Source of the DNA: Pirellulaceae bacterium
GTDB taxonomy: Bacteria; Planctomycetota; Planctomycetia; Pirellulales; Pirellulaceae
NCBI GenBank assembly: GCA_019636375.1
Contig: JAHBXS010000002.1
Coordinates: 149,621 to 213,620 of the forward strand
DNA length: 64,000 nt
Direction: 5' to 3'
Below are positions 9,149 to 18,173 of this stretch, in pieces. Position 1 is the stretch's first letter. Each line of letters starts with the position of its first letter. The notes under the pieces are model-generated. The model did no database searches and was not told where the DNA came from. It worked only from the letters and a program-made list of their open reading frames with translations. The translations under genes and the position numbers were made by a program.

Positions 9149-10385
9149 CGGTCGTCACTCCACCAGAACGCTTGCCGACACCACTGGCCCAGACTTTTGC
9201 CCGATCCCCTCCCAACTCGACCAAGACGCGACCGCTGGAAGATTTGACCTTTAAAATATCAAACGGGGGAACGCCAAGTTGCTCCAAACTTAACTTCGCC
9301 AACTCGCCCTCTCGGGAAACCTCACAAGTCGTCACCGGCAACCGCACCAAACCGCATCGGGAACAAGTCGCTTCGCGATGCGCGACACGCCCTGCCGCCT
9401 TATGAACGGTTTCGGATTCGCCACAAGTCTGACAGCGAAACTCCACCAAAAAATCGCGGTCAAGTTCCAACGCTTCAGCATTCAGCCCACAGTTGGCATC
9501 CACCCAATGAAATAACTGCTCCGCCGATGTATCCGCTGCCGAAAAATCGCTGGCAATGATCGGATCGTAAGTTTCGTGAGCCAGACAATCTTCTCGCCGA
9601 GGAAAATTCGTTTGGTAAAACTGGTTGGCATCGCCGTTGAAGACCATCCCCACTCCCGACCCCACATGGCGATCGTGCAGCAGCTTCAAAGCCTCTTGAC
9701 TCTGCAAAGCCCCGATCATTGACGCGATGGTCGGAGCCGTCGGGACCTTTCCCTCCTGCATATCCTCTCGTTTGAGCAATGGGCAACTGTATCGAAGATG
9801 CATCAAACGAAAATCGTTTTCGGTCATCGTGCATTCGTAACAGGCCCCGTGAGGTGGTCGATAAGTTTTTACTACTCCACTGATTTCTTGAATCCCACCA
9901 TCGATCCAAGGCGTGCCGACTTTCCAACACATCCGGTTGACCCACAGCCGGGCCTCCCGATTGTCCACGCAACCGATCACGACATCCATCTCGCGAATCA
10001 GCCCCAAACCAATGTCTTGAGTGACATCTGCTTCGTAACCGAAAATTTGGCAATCGCCGTTCAACTGGCGGGCCATTTCCGCGACGACTTCGGCCTTGGG
10101 CCTGCCACAATGCTCGGGGCGGAACAGCACGGCCCGCGAAAGATTGGATAACTCGATGCGATCAAAGTCCAGCACAAAAATCCGCCCCACGCCCACCAGA
10201 GCCAGATTCTTAATCACCTCATTCCCCAATGCCCCCGCTCCCACGACCAGCACCCGCGCTTTGTGCAGTCGTTCCTGGTCCCACCATCCGATCAGTTTCA
10301 GGCGGTCATAACGATCCTCCGAAATTTCGATGGGTGAATCCAATGCCGTTGTTGACGGCAAAGCTGACTCAGGGGGCTTCGGCAT
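9138..10385 (-). CDS. E1-like ubiquitin-activating enzyme (ThiF/MoeB/HesA superfamily) with C-terminal Cys clusters. The ORF track TTG at 10391 is less likely than the ATG at 10385.
   Basis: Rossmann/adenylation motif VLVVGAGALGNEVIKNLALVGVGRIFVLDFDRIELSNLSR. Zn-binding-like CYEC...C and CQTCG...CSRCG clusters. Lies between the E2 and JAB genes. Confidence 0.88.
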   Translation of the reverse strand: MPKPPESALPSTTALDSPIEISEDRYDRLKLIGWWDQERLHKARVLVVGAGALGNEVIKNLALVGVGRIFVLDFDRIELSNLSRAVLFRPEHCGRPKAEVVAEMARQLNGDCQIFGYEADVTQDIGLGLIREMDVVIGCVDNREARLWVNRMCWKVGTPWIDGGIQEISGVVKTYRPPHGACYECTMTENDFRLMHLRYSCPLLKREDMQEGKVPTAPTIASMIGALQSQEALKLLHDRHVGSGVGMVFNGDANQFYQTNFPRREDCLAHETYDPIIASDFSAADTSAEQLFHWVDANCGLNAEALELDRDFLVEFRCQTCGESETVHKAAGRVAHREATCSRCGLVRLPVTTCEVSREGELAKLSLEQLGVPPFDILKVKSSSGRVLVELGGDRAKVWASGVGKRSGGVTTDGR

Positions 10386-10397
10386 CAACAACCTTTT

Positions 10398-11081
10398 TTA
10401 ATCAATGAACAAGATTTCAGATTCTGGTTGGCGTGAGTCCCGCACGCGAACGACCTCAACTTCCGCTTCAACAATCATCACATCGTCACTCGTCGTCACA
10501 CTGGTAGCCGCGCCTAATGGAGCCCCGGCACTCGATTGAACCACTTCGGGTTCCGCACTGAGGAGATTCTTTAGGGGTCGCGAGTCAATCGGGAACGCCG
10601 ACGGTGTTTGTTCGGCAATCCATTTCGCCGCCTCGCGATGATAGGGGCTTGAGATATCGAAGTTCTTCATCCGAATCATGTCCCAGATCATGTTGCACAA
10701 TTCGTCCAACGTCAAACTCGGTACCCAATGCGTGCCATAGCCTCCCAAACAAACAATCCCGTTCACCGAAACGTTAGGATGAAAAATGGGAGTCTTCCAT
10801 TGCAAGTTCGGCATCATCCGGGGATAGGCCGCCCCTAATTCGATCCAGACTTCATGTTGTTTTTGAACGATCACGTTGCCGTATGGGTCCAAGGCGAGGC
10901 CGTTTCCAGAAAATCGAAAGCGATATTGACTGGGAGGGTTTCCCTTGGCGTCGGCGTGCAAGATCGAACTCGCTGCGACTAATTCCGAAATCGCGCGCGC
11001 ATCCGCCGCCAGCCGCCGATCTCGCGGCGACATGATCGAAGGTTCACGAGAATGTCCCAGCCATTCGGAAAGCCAACCCAT
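10398..11081 (-). CDS. E2-like ubiquitin-conjugating enzyme (UBC fold), 227 aa.
   Basis: Canonical UBC active-site signature FHPNVSVNGIVCLGG (HPN...G.ICL with the catalytic Cys). Upstream PPSQYRFRF segment is typical of UBC N-lobes. A 6-nt gap to the Ubl gene stop. Confidence 0.82.
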   Translation of the reverse strand: MGWLSEWLGHSREPSIMSPRDRRLAADARAISELVAASSILHADAKGNPPSQYRFRFSGNGLALDPYGNVIVQKQHEVWIELGAAYPRMMPNLQWKTPIFHPNVSVNGIVCLGGYGTHWVPSLTLDELCNMIWDMIRMKNFDISSPYHREAAKWIAEQTPSAFPIDSRPLKNLLSAEPEVVQSSAGAPLGAATSVTTSDDVMIVEAEVEVVRVRDSRQPESEILFID

Positions 11082-11087
11082 GACAAC

Positions 11088-11504
11088 TTAACCTGCCACA
11101 ATTTCTGGATAAATGATCAAGTGATGCCCTTCCTTGACGTCCGCCGCCACCAGTGTTTCATCTTCCAACAGGCGCCGGCCACCTTCCTTGTGGTCCAAAC
11201 TGTAACTCATCGGCTGACCGTCGGGACCAATCATTGGCAAGTTCATTTTGGTGATAATACTGGGAAGGATTTTTTTGACCGTCACCGTATGCGACACGAC
11301 CGCCTCGACACTCTTGGCTCCGGTTTGGTCTAGGAAAGTAACTCGTGTCCCCTGGCGTTGGCTGACAGATGAATCTTGGCTCATGGTGTAATCCTGTAAT
11401 TTGACGTGATGCGCGCGGCCTCTGTCGGACGGGTTTCTGGCACTGCAAAATCCTGACAACGAGGCTTGTGCCGCTATTCGCTCAAGGCCGGGAATTCTTT
11501 TCAA
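11088..11504 (-). CDS. Ubiquitin-like beta-grasp protein ending in a C-terminal Gly (...IIYPEIVAG). The start is probably the internal ATG at 11384, giving a 98-aa product; the track start at 11504 is TTG.
   Basis: Small protein immediately upstream of E2/E1/JAB. The C-terminal portion (LLEDETLVAADVKEGHHLIIYPEIVAG) resembles the last beta-strands of ubiquitin and ThiS-like folds. A terminal glycine is available for adenylation. Confidence 0.65.
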   Translation of the reverse strand: MKRIPGLERIAAQASLSGFCSARNPSDRGRAHHVKLQDYTMSQDSSVSQRQGTRVTFLDQTGAKSVEAVVSHTVTVKKILPSIITKMNLPMIGPDGQPMSYSLDHKEGGRRLLEDETLVAADVKEGHHLIIYPEIVAG

Positions 11505-11547
11505 GGTTTTTGCCGAATTGGTCCGAAAATCGCGTCACGCTTCTATA

Positions 11548-12105
11548 TTATCGCAGGTTTCGCTGATTTTCCCAGTCTTGCGCCAACAAACCATAAATTG
11601 CCACGTCGTAAAATTCGCCCCATTTTCGCGCATGTTTCCGTAACAAACCCTCTCGCAGCATCCCCAGCTTTTCGAGGACCCTGCCCGAAGCCGGATTACG
11701 GGTCATGTGGTGAGCCGTAATTCGATTGAGCCCCAGGTTTTCAAAGCCGAATTCGACGACCTTGGCCGCTGCCTCTGTCGCGACCCCGCTCCCCCAGTGG
11801 CTTTTGGCCACCCAGTAGCCCAATTCCGCACAATGGTCGAGCTCGCAAATCTCAAGTCCAATCGCACCGACCAGTTCGCTCGTTTCCCTCAAGCGGATCG
11901 CGAAAATGACGGATTTTCCCTCTTGCCACAAATCGTCATGCGTGGCGATCCAAGCGCTGGCCATTTCGACCGTGTAAGGGTACTCGATGCTCCGCGTCAT
12001 CGCGGCAATATCCCGGTCGTTAATCGCGACCTGAAGTTCCGCCGCATCTGCCGGCCAAAAAGGGTTCAATTCGAGTCGCGAAGTCTGCAAGGAATGCCGT
12101 TCCAT
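11548..12105 (-). CDS. GNAT-family N-acetyltransferase (RimJ/RimL-like), 185 aa.
   Basis: Acetyl-CoA binding motif region ...VGAIGLEICELDHCAELGYWVAKSHWGSGVATEAAAKVVEFGFENLGLNRI... Confidence 0.85.
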   Translation of the reverse strand: MERHSLQTSRLELNPFWPADAAELQVAINDRDIAAMTRSIEYPYTVEMASAWIATHDDLWQEGKSVIFAIRLRETSELVGAIGLEICELDHCAELGYWVAKSHWGSGVATEAAAKVVEFGFENLGLNRITAHHMTRNPASGRVLEKLGMLREGLLRKHARKWGEFYDVAIYGLLAQDWENQRNLR

Positions 12106-12312
12106 TTACTTTCCAATTGAATTGTCCAAACAGGAGCCCACAACGACACGCAAGTTGGTTCCGATTATGTCAATTGTAACCGCCATTCAAGCGAGCTTGG
12201 ATTCAAATCGCAGTTTTTTTTGGCACATCTTCGCGACTTTACCTAACCCGCACTTGGCTGTGACCTACGTTTTGGCAGACCTTCATTGATTCACCGCAAT
12301 TGACGTGAACTT

Positions 12313-13005
12313 ATGGACTACCTAAACAAATTTTTCGAAACTGTATTTCAACCCGCGACACCGACCCCTGAAAACCGGGCTTTGAGCGACCTGTCAAAGC
12401 ACTTGGAGCAGCGTTTCTATGATGACTTCGAATTGACCGACGCGGTTCGCCCAGGCCTCGACCTTTCGATCAAACCGACCCAGGGCTATCGGCACGACGT
12501 TTATATCGATCCCGATAGCAAATGCCGCGTCCCCGTGATCATGGCTTCTGCTTCCAAGGAAATCTTGTTCTCGGTTTTCATGCAACTCATCCAACGCCTT
12601 GGTCAAACCGTTGACATCGTTTTAGAAACTAGTCACCAACACCAAACCAACGGCCATATCGATCTTTATCGAGAACAAATGGATATGCCGGTTTTGTCGA
12701 GCGTTTTGTGGGAGTACGAAGACCTCCTGCTCAACGATGGTTGCACCGGCATCGCCGTCCTCAACCCACGCACGCCCCAGGAAGTCCAATTCGACGAGCA
12801 CAAACTCCTGATCATGTACGGCAGTCCGCTGGAACCGTTTGAACACGTCCTAGAAAAGAACGGCATCTATTGCAACGAAGACATTCGCTTCATCACCGAG
12901 GCCGAACATGTCCATTCCTCCAGCGATCAACTTTACCGCCACTTCCAAAACCTCCAAACTGAACTCGGCCTCGACCGCCCCGAAAAAGACCGAGCCGCGT
13001 ATTAA
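12313..13005 (+). CDS. Hypothetical protein (230 aa).
   Basis: Long ORF with coding-like composition and no recognisable motif. Confidence 0.5.
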   Translation: MDYLNKFFETVFQPATPTPENRALSDLSKHLEQRFYDDFELTDAVRPGLDLSIKPTQGYRHDVYIDPDSKCRVPVIMASASKEILFSVFMQLIQRLGQTVDIVLETSHQHQTNGHIDLYREQMDMPVLSSVLWEYEDLLLNDGCTGIAVLNPRTPQEVQFDEHKLLIMYGSPLEPFEHVLEKNGIYCNEDIRFITEAEHVHSSSDQLYRHFQNLQTELGLDRPEKDRAAY

Positions 13006-13267
13006 GTCTGGCAACTTGGCGAGCGATCGAAACCGCAGAAAAAAAGAAATCCCTACTTCCTTGGTTGTGGCAAGCATTTTGAACTGCTTCTAGGGACTTT
13101 CGTTTTTTCTAAAAAAAGCGTAACCGCACCACGCAGGTCGGCGACTAACAATGGTTCCCTCTGGAATTTTTTCTATGACTAGCGCATTACAGCCAGGCTA
13201 TCTCCAATAACTAAATGGCGGCAGTCAAATATAATCGAGGGTTCGTTACATCCCCTTCGAGCAAAAA

Positions 13268-13582
13268 ATGACTCCCGATATGCTCCCCAGCTTAATTGTG
13301 CGACTCGCCGATCCGCGTTATGGGGATGCCTGGAGTGAGTTCACAACCATCTACCGGCCCGTTGTCTATTGGCAGGCCCGCGAGCAGGGACTGCAAGACG
13401 CCAATGCCGAGGACTTCGTCCAACAAGTCCTAACTTCGATCTCAAATACCCAAACACAACGCCGCCACAACCACGCTACGATGAATTTAGGCCGCTTTTG
13501 CGCAGTAAGTTTTGGGCATTTTTTGCAGGGTAAGAAATTTCGCACTCCTTTCGCTAGCCAATGCTTAGGCCGTATATGCTGA
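13268..13582 (+). pseudogene. Truncated remnant of an ECF sigma factor (sigma-70 region 2.1/2.2 only), followed by an AT-rich non-coding stretch.
   Basis: LIVRLADPRYGDAWSEFTTIYRPVVYWQAREQGLQDANAEDFVQQV resembles the ECF region 2 N-terminus. Similarity is lost after about 60 aa and there is no region 4. The AT-rich segment spans 13440-13800. Confidence 0.5.
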
Positions 13583-13803
13583 TAGTTTTTACCGGTACCC
13601 GAATTTTGGAAATGTGGTCAAAGTCCCGCAAACTTTGATTTGGGTGAACACTCTGATAAACTGTTTGGTTGTCAAAAATCAAGTCAAAAATTTTTAAATG
13701 CACGAAGTGTGTGCCTGAATGTTTTGCTGTGCGCCATTGCGTTGACAATGAAACGGTGTTGAAGTTTTTCGCTATCTGGAACCTGCTATTTTGAGGAAAG
13801 AAA

Positions 13804-15039
13804 ATGAATTGGTATAAATGGTCAATGATTTGTCGTCGGTCAGTTGTTAAGGTTGTCGGTTCAGGTATTGCGAAAGCATGGTTGTGGTGCGTTCTGGGTT
13901 CTTCAATTGCCTGTTGCCAAAATCAAAATGGCGCCGAATTAGACGAGGAGGCCAAAGCGGCTGAAGCACGCATGCGACAGATTTTCGCGCCAGAATCAGA
14001 GGCGGCCGCGATGCTCGAAGCGATCGTCGAGGGACGCTCGATGACTCGAAACGACGGTTGGTTCACAATGGCAAAACCCCAGTCCGCTTACGCCTGGAGC
14101 CAAATGCTACAGAAGTATGACGACAACAAGGATGGTCAACTTTCGGCCGATGAGTTTCCTGGTTCGAGCCAATGGTTCGAACGGCTGGATCGAAATCGTG
14201 ACGGTGTTTTGTCGATTGAGGACCATCGTTGGAACGTCGAGCCATCGTCAACTCCAATTCTTCGGATTCTGAGACGTCTAGACTCAGACGATAACGGTCG
14301 TGTCACGCGAGAAGAACTCAGGAATTTCATTGACGCACTTTTGCCAGAAGGTCAAAACGATCGCTCGCTGGACGATCTTCGATTGGCGTTGGACCCGCCC
14401 CCACGAGTTATCGGGCAATCATTCGAGCGACCAACCGCTAGCCAACTTATGATCGGCCTGGAAAAGCAAGAGATCGGATCACATTTGCCCGGCCCCGCAG
14501 TGGGTGAAGTCGGAATGGACTTCACTTTAAAAACAGTCACTGGCAAAGCGATTACGCTTTCTGAATATTGTCATGAAAAGCCCGTTGTTTTAATTTTTGG
14601 CAACTTTACATGCGGACCATTTCGGTCGGAGGCCGGGAACCTAGAACAGCTTTACGAACGGTATCAAAATGACTTCCACTTCTTGATGGTTTACGTACGC
14701 GAGGCCCATCCAAGCGACGGTTGGGCGATGCGGCGTAACGAGGCCGCCGAAATAGTCTTGCGGCAACCAACAAAATACGAAGAGCGTGAAAAAGTTGCTC
14801 GACAATGCCAACAGTTCATGGGAGGCAGAATCCCCTTGGTAGTCGACGAGATGAACGATCCAGTCGGACGAGAATACAGCGGAATGCCAAGTCGCCTTTA
14901 TCTGCTCAACAGTCAGCGACAAGTTATGTTCAAGTCCGGACGCGGGCCACATTATTTTGTGCCAACTGAATTGGAAGAGGCAATGCTGTGGCATTTGAAC
15001 GAAACAGCTACCACTTCCGCAAAATCGCCGAATGAATAA
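13804..15039 (+). CDS. Secreted EF-hand calcium-binding protein fused to a thioredoxin-fold domain of the iodothyronine-deiodinase-like family (Cys-containing form), 411 aa.
   Basis: Three EF-hand loops (DDNKDGQLSADEF, DRNRDGVLSIED, DSDDNGRVTREEL) and the deiodinase-like active-site segment VLIFGNFTCGPFR. Confidence 0.7.
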   Translation: MNWYKWSMICRRSVVKVVGSGIAKAWLWCVLGSSIACCQNQNGAELDEEAKAAEARMRQIFAPESEAAAMLEAIVEGRSMTRNDGWFTMAKPQSAYAWSQMLQKYDDNKDGQLSADEFPGSSQWFERLDRNRDGVLSIEDHRWNVEPSSTPILRILRRLDSDDNGRVTREELRNFIDALLPEGQNDRSLDDLRLALDPPPRVIGQSFERPTASQLMIGLEKQEIGSHLPGPAVGEVGMDFTLKTVTGKAITLSEYCHEKPVVLIFGNFTCGPFRSEAGNLEQLYERYQNDFHFLMVYVREAHPSDGWAMRRNEAAEIVLRQPTKYEEREKVARQCQQFMGGRIPLVVDEMNDPVGREYSGMPSRLYLLNSQRQVMFKSGRGPHYFVPTELEEAMLWHLNETATTSAKSPNE

Positions 15040-15128
15040 CCTGATGGAAATGAGTCGTTGTCCGAAACGAAAGGCAACTTCAGCTTTTGCCACTATTTCA
15101 TCGAGAACCTCAACTAGCCTTTTCGCGT

Positions 15129-16436
15129 TTAACTCTTGCCGGATGTTGTGAGAAGAGCCCCGTCGGAAATATCTTTGCGGCACCAGGCACCATCCCAGCG
15201 AATTTCTTTGACCGCTGTGTAAGCGTTGAGTTTGGCATTGGCGACCGAACTCCCCAAGGCCGTTACTCCCAACACGCGCCCCCCTGACGTGACGACTTGG
15301 CCATCCACCAATTTCGTACCCGCGTGAAAAACCTTGCTGTCGGCAAGTTCCGCCGCTGACTCCAGGCCGCGTATCACTTGCCCCTTGCGATAGTCGTTCG
15401 GGTAGCCTTCCGCTGCCATCACCACACAAACCGCAGGTCGCGGGTCCCAAGTCACGTTTTCAATTTCAGCCAACCGCCCGTCGATCACGAGTTCCATGAT
15501 CTCCACCAGGTCACTTTGCAACCGCATCAACAGCGGTTGACACTCTGGGTCGCCGAACCGCACGTTGTACTCCAGCACCTTGGGGCCTTGCGGCGTCAGC
15601 ATCAACCCGGCATATAGGATTCCTCGAAACGGCATCCGCCCGCGCTTCATCGCATGAATCGTCTGCACAAACACATGCTCCTCGACCCAAGCCAATGTCT
15701 CTTCGTCGATCACCGGAGCCGGGCAATAAGCCCCCATCCCGCCGGTGTTTGGCCCCCGGTCGCCATCGTATGCCCGCTTGTGATCTTGAGCGGGCGGCAG
15801 CGTGAGAATTGTATTTCCGTCGGTGATGGCCAGGACACTGACCTCTGGCCCCGAGAGCCGCATTTCTAAAATAAATTTGTTACCCGCATCGCCGAACTCA
15901 CGTTCGATTGCAACGCGGCGGATCGCTTGTTTGACTTCATCCATCGTGAAGCACACAATCGCCCCTTTGCCGGCGGCCAGCCCGTCGGTTTTGACAACCA
16001 GCGGCACATCAAACGGCGTTTTGCCAAACCGCTCTTCCACGAATTCAAAAGCCGCTGCCGCTTTGTAAAAGACCCAAAAGTCTGCTGTCGGCACATCAGC
16101 CGTCCGCAACATTTGTTTGCAGAAGACTTTGCTCCCTTCGAGCTGAGCCGCTGCGCGACTGGGGCCGAAAATCCGCAAGCCCGCTTGTTGAAAATGATCG
16201 ACAATCCCGGCACACAGCGGGACCTCTGGGCCGACGACGGTCAAGCCGACTTGATTGGCCTGAGCGAACTCGACCAGTTTGGGGAAATCGAGTGGATCGA
16301 TATCGACATTCTCGGCATCGATCGCCGTTCCCGCATTCCCCGGTGCAACGAACACGCGGTCTACTCGCGGACTTTGTTTAATCTTCCAAGCCAACGCATG
16401 TTCGCGCCCGCCGCCACCAATCACCAAAACATTCAT
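15129..16436 (-). CDS. purD: Phosphoribosylamine--glycine ligase
   Basis: MNVLVIGGGGREHALAWKIKQSPRVDRVFVAPGNAGTA is a canonical PurD N-terminus. Full-length ATP-grasp protein. Confidence 0.92.
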   Translation of the reverse strand: MNVLVIGGGGREHALAWKIKQSPRVDRVFVAPGNAGTAIDAENVDIDPLDFPKLVEFAQANQVGLTVVGPEVPLCAGIVDHFQQAGLRIFGPSRAAAQLEGSKVFCKQMLRTADVPTADFWVFYKAAAAFEFVEERFGKTPFDVPLVVKTDGLAAGKGAIVCFTMDEVKQAIRRVAIEREFGDAGNKFILEMRLSGPEVSVLAITDGNTILTLPPAQDHKRAYDGDRGPNTGGMGAYCPAPVIDEETLAWVEEHVFVQTIHAMKRGRMPFRGILYAGLMLTPQGPKVLEYNVRFGDPECQPLLMRLQSDLVEIMELVIDGRLAEIENVTWDPRPAVCVVMAAEGYPNDYRKGQVIRGLESAAELADSKVFHAGTKLVDGQVVTSGGRVLGVTALGSSVANAKLNAYTAVKEIRWDGAWCRKDISDGALLTTSGKS

Positions 16437-16884
16437 ACTGCAGTTATCTCAATTACTAGGTTAATTCTCAAAGGCCCATTTTGATAACTTCCTCCCCTTT
16501 TGCCAACCGTCCCATCAATTCGCCGCAGCCCTTTCTTGAACAAAAGACAATTCCGGTTGTGAAAAAGGTACGCTTTAGTAGGTCCATGAACGGTGAGGCG
16601 TAATCTGGCGTATTTTGGGGCTGGATCGCGACGGTTTTAGAAGTTGCTGAGAATTTCTGTCGTAAAACAGGCCTGCCGAAATTTTTGTCGTAGTCTGGGC
16701 CATATCAACTCAAATTTGCAGGTCCCCTGACCAAAGTACCGACAAACCAATGGCACTAACCTGCACCAAGTGTGAAACAAAACATCTTTGGGAACTTGAC
16801 GCGTAGTGTATGACTTTCGAGACTTACGTTCCTGCCGTGATGGTTCGCATCTTTCGACCTCTGACATGAACTGAGATCTAAGAC

Positions 16885-18117
16885 CTAGCTCGTACGGTCG
16901 AGAGTTGTCGCCTCGTTAGGCTCGTTGAGTTTGGTAGGAAAGTATTTTTTTAGCCGCAAACAGGGAGCTTCTATTGCATGCCAACTGATCGCCCCGGCTA
17001 TCCAGCACAAACCGCAAATAACCATGTAGCACAAGGCATGGTTCGAGGTGGAAATTTTCTCCACATAGGTCGAGATTCCAGCAGCAACACCGGCAATGAT
17101 CGGCTTGTTAAAAACGTAAATCGCATAACTGAATTTCCCGAACGACCGCAACCATCGGGCGGCAAACAAGCGACAGAGCCAAGACCGAGAAGGTTGCGTC
17201 ACCAGATACCAGACCAGTGCTCCACTGCAAGATACCGACGCCGAATACAACACCATCTTCCCATACAGACTATTTCGGCCCCCACCCACGTGCCCCAATC
17301 CCATCGGAATAAAAAACGCCAAAGCTCCAACAACAAAAACCGCCAGAGCTAGCACTCCACAACGCCGCAAATACTCCAAATGAAAACAATGGAACCACGC
17401 AATCACCCCACCAACTAATAGACCGTCCACGCGCGTAAAAGTGTTGTTATAGATCATGGATTCCGGCCAGTCATAAAGAGCGATTCCAATCCGCAAAACG
17501 ACAACTCCAAAAATTCCAAGCAGAGCTACGAGTCCCATTCGTCGCGGAGCAGCAAATGCCATCATGAGAGGCCAACCGAGATAGAAATGCTCTTCAATCG
17601 ACAACGACCAATAGGTTGAAAACCAACCAACTGCCGGAGCAGCGGGCATCAGATCCCCGGCAATTTTTCGAAAATTGGCCAAATGTAACCAGTACCACCA
17701 TTGTTCTTTGGACAAGTCTCGAAGCCAATCAAGCCCGGAGTGCGGGATTAATGTGATCAAATTGAAGCAAGTGAAAACAACTACAAAATAAAGTGGCAAA
17801 ACACGGAGACCGCGACGAATGATAAAATTTCGTATCCACTGATGCTGGCCATAACTTCTAATCAAAATCGAAGTGATCAAAAAACCAGACAGGACAAAAA
17901 ACAAGTCGACACCCACCCACCCCATCATGGATAGATTCGACCAAAGCCAACTCCCGGCAGTGGTCGAATCTCTTCCTACCGAACCCGAATGATGCATCAC
18001 AACCCACAATATGGCCAAGCCTCTTAATCCGTCCAAACTCGGATTGTGCTGCAATGACGTGACCAACGGCGACGGGTTGTCGGACTCTTCGCTTTTTGCC
18101 ATGATAGCCTGGTTCAA
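16885..18117 (-). CDS. Acyltransferase family 3 (OafA-like) integral membrane protein, 410 aa.
   Basis: LDGLRGLAILWVVMHHSG motif and about 10 predicted TM helices. Confidence 0.85.
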   Translation of the reverse strand: MNQAIMAKSEESDNPSPLVTSLQHNPSLDGLRGLAILWVVMHHSGSVGRDSTTAGSWLWSNLSMMGWVGVDLFFVLSGFLITSILIRSYGQHQWIRNFIIRRGLRVLPLYFVVVFTCFNLITLIPHSGLDWLRDLSKEQWWYWLHLANFRKIAGDLMPAAPAVGWFSTYWSLSIEEHFYLGWPLMMAFAAPRRMGLVALLGIFGVVVLRIGIALYDWPESMIYNNTFTRVDGLLVGGVIAWFHCFHLEYLRRCGVLALAVFVVGALAFFIPMGLGHVGGGRNSLYGKMVLYSASVSCSGALVWYLVTQPSRSWLCRLFAARWLRSFGKFSYAIYVFNKPIIAGVAAGISTYVEKISTSNHALCYMVICGLCWIAGAISWHAIEAPCLRLKKYFPTKLNEPNEATTLDRTS

Positions 18118-18173
18118 ATTTAGCCTAGTTTATCAGACCTTGTTTTTTTTGGCACCCGACTCAACCTCAAGGA

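Noticed and set aside
9475-10110. 211-aa alternative-frame ORF inside the E1 gene.
   Set aside because: Arg/Gly/Ser-rich shadow frame. The E1 frame carries the ThiF motifs.
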